From the sequence record NZ_CP072379.1: a stretch of 38,144 nucleotides of DNA; one strand, 5' to 3'. How positions within the stretch are numbered: the stretch's first letter is position 1; each line of letters opens with the position of its first letter. The position numbers and the translations under genes were made by a program. Positions 1-9,915 of the stretch are shown here, piece by piece. The notes beneath the pieces were generated by a model that worked only from the letters and a program-made list of their open reading frames with translations, had not been told where the DNA came from and ran no database searches. The DNA comes from a plasmid.

Positions 1-3000
1 GCTGAATTTGCTGATACTCCTGCTCCTAAATGTGTTGTTTCAGCATATCTACTGAAATTGCTTCCTCCTGAACCAAACTTGTCTTCTCCTGAAAGAGATA
101 AGGCATTCAGGTTTACTTTGTTCACATCTAAAGCCAGATGATCTGCACTTAACATTCCGCCTGTCGATTCATAGCTATTTGCTTTAACAAATACAGTTCC
201 ATTTGAAGAAATTGTTCCCAAAGAGTTCACTTCTTCATGCTTAGTTCTGTCAAATTCGCCATTGTAATAGCCAACACTTCTCTTCGTTGTATCGTTTATC
301 ACTTTTCCATTGTCAGAAATTAAGACAACTGCTTCATTACCACTGATTTTTCCACCGATATTTTCGATATTTTCTACTGACTGAATGAAAGTTTTGTCTC
401 CAGTAATTTCTGAAAGTAAATTTGTTGCAGTTTCATTTTTTATAGTATTTGCCTGAACATAAGTAACTCCCCCATTACCAATTTTCATTCCATTATTTAC
501 AAAATTATCGGTTTTGATGTATGTCCCATTAACTCCACTAATTTTATTACGACCATCTGCAGTTATTGTATTCAAAGTATTTTTGCTTAAGTAAATTTTT
601 GGAACTAATACTTCAACACCATTAACATTTTGAGTAACATACCATATTAAATCTTTAGACAGTCCACTAATCTGCTCAGGTGTCAGCTCTTTTCCAACCT
701 GCAATCCCAATCTAGAACTTTCCATTCCTGCATTATCCATCAACGATTTTATCAAATCTTCATTAGATTTACCATTGATAAATGCTGTCCCTAATTGCTC
801 TGTCAATGCCCTAGTTATCAACTGATTTTCATAATATGCATCTCCAAGTCTTCTAACTCTGTTCCAGCTAGGCGTGTATCCTAATCTTGATAAAAAGTAA
901 TCACTTCCATAATACTTATTCAAGTCAACATATTTACTTCTAGTTTCCAGCAAATATTTTGAACTAGGATTCATATTCTGAGTAAACATTGCACTAGTCA
1001 ATAAAGGATTTACAGAAATTGTCCCAGTATTCAAAATTGCCTGAACAGATGACATATTATTCACAATTTGAATATTTGGATTCGCCAAATTTACATTAAC
1101 TGCACCATTTGTTGAAGAAATTCCTTTACCAATCGCATTTGTAAATAAGCTTCCAGCAACTCCATGTGTTACACTTCCATTATTGATTTTTCCATTTGCT
1201 TCAGTAATTGGAGATGTAATAACAGGAGCATTTATATTTACTACTGAACCTTCTATAATGCTTGGCTGTCCAGCTTCATATCCTATTTTTCCTTTTAGTA
1301 AATTTCCCTTATCATCAGTTAAAGTTCTTTTAAAAAATGTATCAGCAGACACTTTATTATGCCCTCTATGAAAAGCTACATAAACTTCTTCTCTTCCATT
1401 AGAAAGTTGAACTGCATTTCCTAATGTTACAGAATTTTCAAGACTTGAAGCATTGATATTTACAATACCTCCACCTGAAATTATACTATCCTTATTTTTT
1501 ACATTTCCTGAATTTATTGTAATATTTCCATTAGCTAACACTTTACCATATTCTGTTGTAGCATTACTTTTCATTTTTTCTTCTAATGCTATTTTGGGAA
1601 ACTTTACTGTTCCAGTTTTCATATCATTATGATTTCCTTCTTCCCCTATTTTCTCTTCGATCAAATCATAATGATTTGTAAATAAATATGATTTATATCC
1701 ATTTATTAAATTTGAATTTTTTAATTTCTCTAACCAATTACGCTGTGGAATTAAAACATCATTACTATGTTTACCCTTCGACATCTGCTTTCCTATTTTA
1801 TATATCCATCCATTATTTACTTCATTTTCGCTTAATTTTATTCCATCCCAAGTCTCATAATATTTCTCATACTTATCAAGGTTGCTGACTCTCCCAACAT
1901 TCTGAAAATCACTAGAAGTAATCAAAATATCTCCTGTAGCCTGAATCGTCCCAACATTGTTCACGATCTTTCCAGCATTCAGATCCATGTTTCCACCTAG
2001 AATTTCTCCCTCATCATTTAATATATCATTTCCTTTGATAATCAATGTCTGTCCACCGTAAATCGTCTTATCCTTGTTGTTTTGAACCTTGTTTTGAGCA
2101 TTAATTTCAAGATGTTTCTCAAATGCAATCAAATCATTGTTTGTAATGTCATTTCCACTAATTTTTCCATTATCTCCAGTAATTATTGCATTGTTCACAA
2201 TATTTCCTTGCCCATTAATAATAACTGTATCTGAAGAAATATCACGGTTATTTGTAAAGTCATTTGATGTAATCTGAATAAGCCCTGTACCCGTTGTATT
2301 TCCATTGTTTGTGATGTTTCTTCCTGAGATAATTAACCTTTGCTGTCCGTGAAGATTTCCATCTAAATTAATATCCTGCGTTGTTGTCAACACAGTGTTA
2401 TTAGCTTTAATTGTCCCAGTATTATCAAACTTCTGAGCATTCTGCATTGATATATCGCCTGATAGTATCTCTCCTGTATTCGTAATCTTTGAATTATCAA
2501 ATAAAATTTTGTTGTTAGATGCGACTTTACCATTATTCATAACATCTGCATTCGCTGAATTCACATCATTCATAGCCAAAATTTCCCCTGTATTTGTAAG
2601 TTTTTGAGTATCAAGATCTACATCTCTACTTGAATGAATCTGTCCACTATTTGTAGATTCATTTACTTTAGCCTTAACGTTGCCAGCACTAATTTTACCA
2701 GCATTTCTTAACTCAAATCCTTTAACTTCAACATTTTTCCCCTCAATATTTCCACCATTATGATTCACAAGTGAATCTGTAGCTGAAATATCAGAGTTAG
2801 TAGCAACTGTTCCTGAATTTTCCAATCTCTTAGATGAAATTTTGTCTCCTGACGCAATTTTTCCTGAATTTTTTACATTTTTAGCTGTTAATCTACCATT
2901 TGTAAGTATTTTACCGCCATTATCCACATCGTCTGCAGAAATTTTTCCTGACGCCAAGACTTTTCCAGTATTCGTTACATTTTTTGATTTAAAGTCTTTG

Positions 3001-4595
3001 GTATTAATTTTCCCTGAATTTTTCACATTATCAGTACTGATATTTTCCGCTTGAACTTCACCTGAATTTTCTGCATTTTTTCCTGACAAGTTACCATTTG
3101 CTAAGACTTTCCCGCTGTTTTTAATATCTTTTGAAACAGCTATATCGCTTCCTGTCTCTACATTTCCACTGTTTTCAAGATTTCCATTGACTGTAATTTT
3201 TCCATTTGACCTAACATCTCCTGAAGTTTCCAAATCATCTGTTGAAATTTTACCTACAGCTGCAATTTCTTTTGCATTTTTCACTTTTTTTGCTTTAAAA
3301 TTTCCTGCAGCAATGATTTTACCATTATTTGAAACATTATCTACCTGAATATTTTTCCCCGAAACTTTTCCAGATGATACAATATTTTTAGCTGTAAAAT
3401 CATCATTTGTCGATATCTCTCCAGTATTTTTTACATCTTTTGTGACCGTAACCTTATTAACTGAAGCCACTGACCCGCTATTATTTAATTTCCCTGAAAT
3501 CTGTGTCGTTTTTGAAACTTGAATTTTTCCTGAATTCGTTAAATCTTTTGTTTTCAAATTTCCATTTGCAAATATTTCAGAATCATTTTCAACATCTGCA
3601 TTCAAGCTAATATTACCATTAGCCTGTGTTTGACCTGCTAATTTTACAGTATTTGCTGTAATATTAATATCCTTGTCAGAACTGGCTATCTCTGATTGCG
3701 AATAATCAGAACCTTTAATTTCAATACCATTTCCCTTAATTTTAGCAACATTAATTTTACCGTCAGCTGTAATTTCCAGCTTTTCATCTTTCGAATAAAT
3801 TAATGCCCTTGAATTTACTCCAGCACCTTTATCTGTACTAATTATTCTAACCTGTCCAGCATACATTGACCCAAGATTACTTGCGTCTATAGCCACTGAA
3901 TTTATCCCACCTTTTGAAGTCACTGCTCCACTATTATCTACAAAATTTTCTCCCAAAGTTACGTCAACCTTGTTTCCGACAAGATTTCCCTGCATTTCCA
4001 AAGCTTTTGCGATAACATTAACATAGTCAGTATTTGTCGCATCAAATCCATTCGCTCCAATTACGACTCTCCCTTTTTCCACATCAATTCCTACAACATC
4101 TCCATCTTTCAGCTTAACTCTTCCTGTTGTCGGTATAAAATTCCTTATATTTATTGTTCCTGCCCCATTTAAGTAAATTCCATTTTCATTAGACAGAATC
4201 ACATTTACCTTATCACGGCTCAATGCTTCAATATATCCCTCAATTTGTGAACGGTTAGCACCGTTTACCTGCAGCAAGATTAAATTTGCAGCCTGATTTG
4301 GACCTAAATTCGGATTTGCATTAATTAGTCCAGCAAGATGGCTTCGTCCCAAATTATCAGCGTTATTAAGCACTTGACCTTCATGTCCAACATTATATTC
4401 CAAAAATTCATTAATACTTACACCCCGATTATTCGGAGTAGAAATATTAATAATTGGCGTTCCATTTGCTGAAGTGTCCAGTTTCGTATTGTGCTGAGAA
4501 TTAGGGTCCAGCACTAAATTTGCCGCGAAAATATTCATATTCATTGATACCAAAAGCAAAAATGCTACTGATTTTTTTAAAATTTTATTCTTCAA
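1..4595 (-). CDS. Two-partner-secretion exoprotein (TpsA; filamentous hemagglutinin/CdiA-like), N-terminal portion. The ORF runs off the left edge of the window and probably continues at 34946..38144 on a circular molecule.
   Basis: The minus-strand frame is open from a TTG start at 4595, preceded by GAAGGAGG, down to position 1. The N-terminus, MKNKILKKSVAFLLLVSMNMNIFAANL, looks like an extended signal peptide. It is followed by a TPS domain (NPNLGPNQAANLILLQVNGANRSQIEGYIE...) and then FHA-type repeats. The gene lies immediately downstream of tpsB on the same strand. Confidence 0.85.
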   Translation of the reverse strand, partial: MKNKILKKSVAFLLLVSMNMNIFAANLVLDPNSQHNTKLDTSANGTPIINISTPNNRGVSINEFLEYNVGHEGQVLNNADNLGRSHLAGLINANPNLGPNQAANLILLQVNGANRSQIEGYIEALSRDKVNVILSNENGIYLNGAGTINIRNFIPTTGRVKLKDGDVVGIDVEKGRVVIGANGFDATNTDYVNVIAKALEMQGNLVGNKVDVTLGENFVDNSGAVTSKGGINSVAIDASNLGSMYAGQVRIISTDKGAGVNSRALIYSKDEKLEITADGKINVAKIKGNGIEIKGSDYSQSEIASSDKDINITANTVKLAGQTQANGNISLNADVENDSEIFANGNLKTKDLTNSGKIQVSKTTQISGKLNNSGSVASVNKVTVTKDVKNTGEISTNDDFTAKNIVSSGKVSGKNIQVDNVSNNGKIIAAGNFKAKKVKNAKEIAAVGKISTDDLETSGDVRSNGKITVNGNLENSGNVETGSDIAVSKDIKNSGKVLANGNLSGKNAENSGEVQAENISTDNVKNSGKINTKDFKSKNVTNTGKVLASGKISADDVDNGGKILTNGRLTAKNVKNSGKIASGDKISSKRLENSGTVATNSDISATDSLVNHNGGNIEGKNVEVKGFELRNAGKISAGNVKAKVNESTNSGQIHSSRDVDLDTQKLTNTGEILAMNDVNSANADVMNNGKVASNNKILFDNSKITNTGEILSGDISMQNAQKFDNTGTIKANNTVLTTTQDINLDGNLHGQQRLIISGRNITNNGNTTGTGLIQITSNDFTNNRDISSDTVIINGQGNIVNNAIITGDNGKISGNDITNNDLIAFEKHLEINAQNKVQNNKDKTIYGGQTLIIKGNDILNDEGEILGGNMDLNAGKIVNNVGTIQATGDILITSSDFQNVGRVSNLDKYEKYYETWDGIKLSENEVNNGWIYKIGKQMSKGKHSNDVLIPQRNWLEKLKNSNLINGYKSYLFTNHYDLIEEKIGEEGNHNDMKTGTVKFPKIALEEKMKSNATTEYGKVLANGNITINSGNVKNKDSIISGGGIVNINASSLENSVTLGNAVQLSNGREEVYVAFHRGHNKVSADTFFKRTLTDDKGNLLKGKIGYEAGQPSIIEGSVVNINAPVITSPITEANGKINNGSVTHGVAGSLFTNAIGKGISSTNGAVNVNLANPNIQIVNNMSSVQAILNTGTISVNPLLTSAMFTQNMNPSSKYLLETRSKYVDLNKYYGSDYFLSRLGYTPSWNRVRRLGDAYYENQLITRALTEQLGTAFINGKSNEDLIKSLMDNAGMESSRLGLQVGKELTPEQISGLSKDLIWYVTQNVNGVEVLVPKIYLSKNTLNTITADGRNKISGVNGTYIKTDNFVNNGMKIGNGGVTYVQANTIKNETATNLLSEITGDKTFIQSVENIENIGGKISGNEAVVLISDNGKVINDTTKRSVGYYNGEFDRTKHEEVNSLGTISSNGTVFVKANSYESTGGMLSADHLALDVNKVNLNALSLSGEDKFGSGGSNFSRYAETTHLGAGVSANS

Positions 4596-4647
4596 ATATA
4601 CGCCTCCTTCTTTTCTGTTATCCTTAGTTTTTTTATCAATCTTTCAA

Positions 4648-6444
4648 TCAAAAAGAAATTTTCAATGCCGTATTAAAATATATTTCCTGCTTTTTCGGAT
4701 TCAAATATTCTGAGTGTGAAATTGGCTTTGCATACCCAAAATTAAAATCTAGATACTTTGTATCCAATCTAATCCCTGCCGTAGCACCTGTCATATATCC
4801 TTTCCCGTATTTTGAACTATCATTGTTGACTCTCACATATCCATAACTGTACCCAAAATATGGTGATACAATTGCTATTTTTTTTATAGGAATATTGTAA
4901 GATATTTCATTTCCAATCTCTATTGCTTTATCCCCTGAAATTGTACTCCTATGATAACCTCCTACACTTCCAACACCTCCTATAGACTGTCTCTCGCTCC
5001 CATAGAGCGTGTCATTTGAAAAAGTTGAATAAATGTTCGCCCTATATACAAAATGCTCTGTCACGGGCTTGTAATAGCTCATATCAAGCGTATACTTATC
5101 AAATTGTGCCTTAGGAGTTGTGCTAAGCTTCCCATCATCTATCTCTGCTCCAAAAATTTTAAGCCCTTTCTCATAACCTAAATTTACTCCAAAAAGTCCC
5201 TTAAACAGAGATGTCGTATAACTAATGTTAGCTGTACCTATTGCCAGCTTTCTATTAGATAAAACTGCTCCTTCCAAGTAATTATCATTATGCTTTCTTT
5301 TAATTCCAATTCCAGCTGTCAACTTACTTTTCTGATTTCTAAAGAGTATTTTATCTAAATTCATAGAAAGCGTATGACTGGAAGTATACAGGTCATAAAC
5401 TGTATTAGATGCATAAAAACTGCTTTCCTGAATACTTTTACTCGAACCTAGTTTCATTGTATAGTCTCTGAATTTCATCGTGTATCCGAAATTAAACATA
5501 TCCATACGCCTTTTATACGGCAGCCAGTCTCCCTTTGATGGATCATACCCAATTGGTCCAATTGGCAATATTTCTCCAGGTTTTAGTTGTTCTGCTCTTT
5601 TCTTCCAGCTTCTGTCAGGCATTTTCTTAGGAACGGTCAAATATGTAAAATATACATTGTCTCCTATCCCTAAAGGACTATCGATACTAAGGCTGACACC
5701 TTTTCTCCAAATACCATCCTGCTTGTTGTCTCCGTAATTATTTGAAATTAAGCTAACAGAATATTTATTTTTAAGAATATTTTTCACTTGAATTTTTGAA
5801 GTATTTTCTTTCTTTCCAGGTAATACCTCCATTGTCATGTTATTTGCCTGTATCGAATTAAAATTTTCTGTAGCCGTGTCTAAATCTCTTATATTGAAGA
5901 TTTCCCCCTTATTTTTCTTAAACATGAAAAACTCCTTTAATTTATCAAGACCATTTTCCGAATTAATTTTAATCTCCTCTATTTTTCCTGGAATAACTGC
6001 CAAATTTAATTTCCCTGTTGTCAGGTCATTATTAGACATAACTGTTACCGTCGAAGTTGTATATCCTTTTACAATTAATTTATTTGTGAATTCTGTTAAA
6101 AGATTTGTGATGTCCGCTGAACTTAATTCTAGATCCTTGTACTTGTCAATGATTCTTGATTTGTCTTTCTTTGACAGTAATCTATTATTGTCTCTTAAAT
6201 TAATTTCAGTAATTAAAAATTTTTTAGAATTGTCAGAAGAAACTATTCCTTTAGCTTCAACATTTGAGCCTTTATCAAATTGCGTATTTTCAAACTCTGA
6301 TTGTTTTTGCTTTTGTTCTATTCTAAGCCTTTCCTGTTCCAACTGTCTTTCTTGGTTATCTAAAATCTTTCTAGCTTCATTTTCAGGAGCTGACATACTT
6401 ATAACAGAAATTAATACTGCTAAAATTACAATAATTTTGTTCAT
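4648..6444 (-). CDS. TpsB-family outer-membrane transporter (ShlB/FhaC/CdiB-like) with a signal peptide and POTRA region
   Basis: A 598-aa ORF with an ATG at 6444 preceded by GGAGGTG. The GTG at 6453 given in the ORF track lies inside the Shine-Dalgarno sequence. A signal peptide MNKIIVILAVLISVISMSAP is followed by POTRA-like and beta-barrel sequence ending in a terminal F, as in ShlB/FhaC-family activators. It sits directly upstream of tpsA. Confidence 0.85.
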   Translation of the reverse strand: MNKIIVILAVLISVISMSAPENEARKILDNQERQLEQERLRIEQKQKQSEFENTQFDKGSNVEAKGIVSSDNSKKFLITEINLRDNNRLLSKKDKSRIIDKYKDLELSSADITNLLTEFTNKLIVKGYTTSTVTVMSNNDLTTGKLNLAVIPGKIEEIKINSENGLDKLKEFFMFKKNKGEIFNIRDLDTATENFNSIQANNMTMEVLPGKKENTSKIQVKNILKNKYSVSLISNNYGDNKQDGIWRKGVSLSIDSPLGIGDNVYFTYLTVPKKMPDRSWKKRAEQLKPGEILPIGPIGYDPSKGDWLPYKRRMDMFNFGYTMKFRDYTMKLGSSKSIQESSFYASNTVYDLYTSSHTLSMNLDKILFRNQKSKLTAGIGIKRKHNDNYLEGAVLSNRKLAIGTANISYTTSLFKGLFGVNLGYEKGLKIFGAEIDDGKLSTTPKAQFDKYTLDMSYYKPVTEHFVYRANIYSTFSNDTLYGSERQSIGGVGSVGGYHRSTISGDKAIEIGNEISYNIPIKKIAIVSPYFGYSYGYVRVNNDSSKYGKGYMTGATAGIRLDTKYLDFNFGYAKPISHSEYLNPKKQEIYFNTALKISF

Positions 6445-7161
6445 CGTTTGCACCTCCTTTCAAAAAATCTATTTTTTTTTTGACTTAGAATAATAACGAA
6501 TTATACAGGAATTTCAAAAAAATGTCAAGCTTTTGATAAAACATAGAAAGAATTGTATCAAAATTTTTAATTTTTAATACAGAACTTCCTTTCAAACATG
6601 CTCTATATCCTTCAAAAAGCGGTCAGATTTAACGAAAAATAGATTTTTGGTATAAATCCTTGGGTAATGGTAAAAGAATGCGTCTATGAGCTTTATTTTG
6701 CCAAATTTTGATTATTGATATAATTCTTTTGAGAATAAGGGAACTTTTTATAATAAAAAATATTAAAAACTACATTTTGGGAATTAAAGACTACAAGATT
6801 CATATAATGTAGTTTTATTTATTTTAAATTTTATTTTTTTATATAGAGGGGCTTTTTTATATACCATTTTTATATATTACTCTTTTAATATACCTTTTTA
6901 GATGGTCGCAAACACTTGTGAATACTGGTTTTGAATACATTAAAAAACAAGAAAATCAGTAATTAAAAACAAGTTTTTCAGTAGATTAAAAACAAGCACT
7001 TGTTGGGAATTATAATATTGATTAAATATCATAAAAAATATAATGATATTTAATATATCTATTCTTTTTAAAAAAGTTTTAAAATTTTTTATATTTTAAA
7101 ACTTTTTTAAAGTTTTTCCCCCCTCGGAAAGCACTATAAAATATGGCATAGAGTATATTTT

Positions 7162-7306
7162 AAAATAACAAAAAGTCTGTATTAAATAACAAAAAGTCTG
7201 TATTAAATAACAAAAAGTCTGTTATTAAATAACAAAAAGTCTGTTATTAAATAACAAAAAGTCTGTTATTAAATAACAAAAAGTCTGTATTAAATAACAA
7301 AAAATA
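7162..7306. repeat. Iteron array for rep1: six tandem copies plus one partial copy of a 21-22 bp unit, taaataacaaaaagtctgt(t)at
   Basis: Direct tandem repeats are seen 60-200 bp upstream of the rep1 start. An AT-rich palindromic stretch precedes them at 7061-7110 (aaaagttttaaaatttttt...tttaaaacttttttaaag) and ttaaaaacaag is repeated three times at 6940-7000. This is the classic layout of an iteron-type theta origin. Confidence 0.8.
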
Positions 7307-7371
7307 TAAAAAGATATGTATTTTTGATATTTTGTATGATATAATATAGAAAAAATAAGGATGTGTAAAAA

Positions 7372-8412
7372 ATGAATAAAATTGTAAAATTTCATAATGA
7401 TTTGAACAGTATTAAATTTTCTTCTTTTAGAGCTGTTGAATACGATCTTTTTTTTGCTATTTTATATAAATTAAAAGATAAACAGGAAGAAGAGATTATA
7501 TTGACTTTTGAAGAATTAAAAAAACTTTCTGAATATAAAAAAACTCAAAATAAATATTTTATAGATTCACTAATAGAAATAAATCAAAATTTATTATCTA
7601 TCAAATTAAACTTCAAAAATTATACTGAAGGACTTTATATTGGAGCTACTTTTTTTACTTATTACGAAATAAATGAACAAGAAAAAACTTTATCAATTTC
7701 AGTAAATCGGAAATTGACTTATTTAATTAACGATTTAACAAAAAATTTTACTCAATTAGAATTAAAGAAAATGTCTCAAATGAGTAGTAAATATTCAAAA
7801 ATAATTTTTCGATTTTTGAAACAGTATGATAATACTAAAAATAATACTAATTTTTGGGAAATTGAAATAAATGAGTTTAAAGAGTTGTTAAATATTCCTT
7901 CTTCGTATTTAATGGCAAATATTGATACTAGAATTTTAAAACCTGCATTATCAGAGTTATCTCCTCTTTTTTATAATTTAAAACTTATTAAAAAGAAAAG
8001 GGGGCGAAAGATAGATCGTTTAAGATTTGAATGGAATACAGAAACTGTTGAAATGAAAAAAAAGAAGGAAAATGAACCAAAAAAATCAGAAGTTGAATCA
8101 AAAAGAAAATACAAAATCATAGAAAATACTCCTAAAGTAGAAGAAAAAGAGAAAACTTTAAGTGAACAAATTAAAGAAGAACTTGAGATGGAACAAGAAG
8201 CTTTAAATAGAAGTACCACTTTATTAGGAGCATATATTGCTGGATTAAAAGATGTAACAAATAACTCAATTATAATCGATTCTAAAAGACGTATAAACTT
8301 GAGAAAAGAGAAAATTGAAAAATTGGAACAATTTTCTAATTTGGCTGATGACGAAATTGATGAGAGTTTGGAAAAAGTGATACAGAAAGTATTGGAGATG
8401 GAGATTAAGTAG
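7372..8412 (+). CDS. rep: Plasmid replication initiator, Rep_3 (RepB/RepA iteron-binding) family
   Basis: A 346-aa ORF with an AAGGATG Shine-Dalgarno sequence. The N-terminus, FHNDLNSIKFSSFRAVEYDLFFAILYKLKD, matches my recollection of the Rep_3 N-terminal region. The C-terminus is Lys/Glu-rich. The gene is preceded by an iteron array. Confidence 0.8.
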   Translation: MNKIVKFHNDLNSIKFSSFRAVEYDLFFAILYKLKDKQEEEIILTFEELKKLSEYKKTQNKYFIDSLIEINQNLLSIKLNFKNYTEGLYIGATFFTYYEINEQEKTLSISVNRKLTYLINDLTKNFTQLELKKMSQMSSKYSKIIFRFLKQYDNTKNNTNFWEIEINEFKELLNIPSSYLMANIDTRILKPALSELSPLFYNLKLIKKKRGRKIDRLRFEWNTETVEMKKKKENEPKKSEVESKRKYKIIENTPKVEEKEKTLSEQIKEELEMEQEALNRSTTLLGAYIAGLKDVTNNSIIIDSKRRINLRKEKIEKLEQFSNLADDEIDESLEKVIQKVLEMEIK

Positions 8413-8435
8413 TATTTTTTGTGTGTTTGAGGGAA

Positions 8436-8513
8436 TTTAAAAACAGGATGATAAAACTACCATCCTGTACCATATATTATATTTTGAGTTTACACAAAAT
8501 TCTGGACACTCTC
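8436..8513 (+). repeat. Junction element: hairpin (caggatg-N10-catcctg, 8444-8467) followed by a 28-bp unit gagtttacacaaaattctggacactctc (8486-8513)
   Basis: Seen directly in the sequence. The hairpin also recurs at 28387-28410. The 28-bp unit recurs at 9128-9155, 9156-9183 and 34114-34141. Its 13-bp core tttacacaaaatt recurs at 13369-13381 (reverse complement), 13412-13424, 15692-15704 and 25099-25111. Confidence 0.7.
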
Positions 8514-8536
8514 TTTTTACTATTACCACTTATTTT

Positions 8537-8800
8537 TTATTTATCTCCATAATGAGAACCACATTGAACAATTTTTATAATCCCATCTTCAATTTTATAA
8601 ACAATCCTGTTCCCAGCATCTATTCTTCTGCTCCAATATCCACTAAAATCATATTTCAGAGCTTCCGGTTTGCCAATTCCTGTATAGCCATTTCTATCAA
8701 TATCTTTTATAAGTTCCAAGATTCTTTTAAAAACTTTTTTATCATTTTTTGCCCAGTATTGAAATTCTTCCCATGCTTCATCAGTCCACGATTTAATCAT
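8537..8800 (-). CDS. yoeB: Type II toxin of the YoeB/Txe family
   Basis: The sequence MIKSWTDEAWEEFQYWAKNDKKVFKRILELIKDIDRNGYTGIGKPEALKYDFSGYWSRRIDAGNRIVYKIEDGIIKIVQCGSHY aligns almost along its whole length with my recollection of E. coli YoeB. It overlaps the upstream antitoxin ORF by 8 bp. The ORF-track start at 8845 is probably spurious. Confidence 0.8.
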   Translation of the reverse strand: MIKSWTDEAWEEFQYWAKNDKKVFKRILELIKDIDRNGYTGIGKPEALKYDFSGYWSRRIDAGNRIVYKIEDGIIKIVQCGSHYGDK

Positions 8801-9047
8801 AATCGACCTCATGAACCGTTCCACCTGTTTTTTCCATTTGCTCAATAGATTTTTTTAATCTTTCAATATTTTTTGGACTATAAAAAGGATCTGAATCTAA
8901 TTCAAATGGCATTCTTCTTTCACGAGTGAATTTTTTTGCAAAAATATTAAATGCTGTCCCTATTGAAATTCCTATGTCCTCACAAATTTTTTCCATTTCT
9001 TTCTTTGTATCTTTATCTATTCTAAAATTAACAACAACTTTTTCCAT
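8793..9047 (-). CDS. Antitoxin with a RelB/DinJ-like ribbon-helix-helix N-terminus and a YefM/Axe-like C-terminal tail
   Basis: An 84-aa ORF. NFRIDKDTKKEMEKICEDIGISIGTAFNIFAKKFTRERRMPFEL resembles the DinJ/RelB ribbon-helix-helix fold. The C-terminal SPKNIERLKKSIEQMEKTGGTVHE resembles the YefM C-terminal toxin-binding region. It is translationally coupled to yoeB. Confidence 0.65.
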   Translation of the reverse strand: MEKVVVNFRIDKDTKKEMEKICEDIGISIGTAFNIFAKKFTRERRMPFELDSDPFYSPKNIERLKKSIEQMEKTGGTVHEVDYD

Positions 9048-9127
9048 ATAACATCAATTCCTTTCGTTTGATATAATTATTATATCATTTGAAATTATTT
9101 TGTCAATATATTTAATAATATTTTTTT

Positions 9128-9183
9128 GAGTTTACACAAAATTCTGGACACTCTCGAGTTTGCACAAAATTATGGACTCTCTC
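9128..9183 (+). repeat. Two tandem 28-bp junction units (gagtttacacaaaattctggacactctc followed by gagtttgcacaaaattatggactctctc)
   Basis: Direct tandem copies of the 8486-8513 unit. Together with that copy they bracket the yoeB/antitoxin cassette in direct orientation. Confidence 0.7.
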
Positions 9184-9915
9184 TTAATATATTTTAAATT
9201 TTTCGCTCATCCTTTTAAAATTTCTTTCTTGAATATCATTGTATTTTTCAAAAAAGTCTTTTGGTAATTCATCTTTAAATAATTTTAATAATTCTTTATA
9301 TAATCTTCGTTCTTCTATACTAAGAGAATAAGAGCTTTTTGAAATTATTTTCTTAGAAGTAAATATCGTTACTTCATCTAAAGAAGTAGGACTCATATAT
9401 GCTCCTCTTTCATTGCTCAGATCTATAGAAGTTAATAAATTTAGAATTATTGAAGAATATTTGTTTTTAGAATCCATTACACTTTTCACGTATTTTTTTT
9501 CTTGTTTTTCGCCATTTTCATCAAATGAAAACCAGTGTAATTCTACTTGTTTACTATTTTTTTTTATAATCCATTTCCCGTATCCGTAGTTCTCATCTGG
9601 GGATACATCGTATTTATGTTTCTTATTGAAAGAACTATAATAATTGTCAATATTTTCTAAAGTAAAACATTTTAAAACTTTTTCTTTTACTAGTGATTCC
9701 ATAGAATCTATTTTAGATTTTAGTGGAAACAATTTAAAATAAAAAACTAATTCATCTTCGTTCTCTTTATTCAAAATATATCCATAGCCTTCAGAAGGTT
9801 CTGGTGGTTCTCCTCTAAAAAAATCATAGTAACTCAAGCTATTCAAATACATAGATTGCCAAGAATAGCTCACATTTCCAAATACTAAAAATAAAATCAC
9901 TATTAGTTTTTTCAT
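9184..9915 (-). CDS. Secreted hypothetical protein (signal peptide, no lipobox Cys)
   Basis: A 243-aa ORF with an N-terminal MKKLIVILFLVFGNVSYS signal-like segment. The rest of the protein is Lys/Tyr/Asp-rich and I do not recognise a family. Confidence 0.5.
   Translation of the reverse strand: MKKLIVILFLVFGNVSYSWQSMYLNSLSYYDFFRGEPPEPSEGYGYILNKENEDELVFYFKLFPLKSKIDSMESLVKEKVLKCFTLENIDNYYSSFNKKHKYDVSPDENYGYGKWIIKKNSKQVELHWFSFDENGEKQEKKYVKSVMDSKNKYSSIILNLLTSIDLSNERGAYMSPTSLDEVTIFTSKKIISKSSYSLSIEERRLYKELLKLFKDELPKDFFEKYNDIQERNFKRMSEKFKIY

Noticed and set aside
1183-3054. Plus-strand ORFs 1183..1371, 1688..1888 and 2842..3054 (62-70 aa)
   Set aside because: They lie entirely within the long open minus-strand tpsA frame, so they are shadow ORFs. 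Their translations are low-complexity (FPxxF repeats) and they have no Shine-Dalgarno sequence.
5480-6493. Plus-strand ORFs 5480..5737 and 5837..6493
   Set aside because: They are antisense to the well-supported tpsB gene and have no ribosome-binding site.
7162-7306. Could the 22-bp tandem repeats be a CRISPR array?
   Set aside because: There are no unique spacers between the repeats. They are head-to-tail and immediately upstream of a Rep_3 gene, so they are iterons.
7971-8219. Minus-strand 82-aa ORF inside rep1
   Set aside because: It is a shadow ORF in the Lys/Glu-rich part of rep1, with a low-complexity Ser/Phe translation.
8486-8513. Is the 28-bp unit a canonical XerC/XerD dif site?
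   Set aside because: The 11-6-11 spacing fits, but the two arms show little dyad symmetry beyond the outer gagt/actc. I keep it as a candidate recombination site, not an identified dif.
8801-8845. N-terminal extension of yoeB (MSKWKKQVERFMRSI...) in the ORF track
   Set aside because: The YoeB homology starts at MIKSW (8800). The extension would overlap the antitoxin by 50 bp and has no Shine-Dalgarno sequence.
8552-8848. Plus-strand 98-aa ORF overlapping yoeB
   Set aside because: It is antisense to a strongly supported YoeB ORF.
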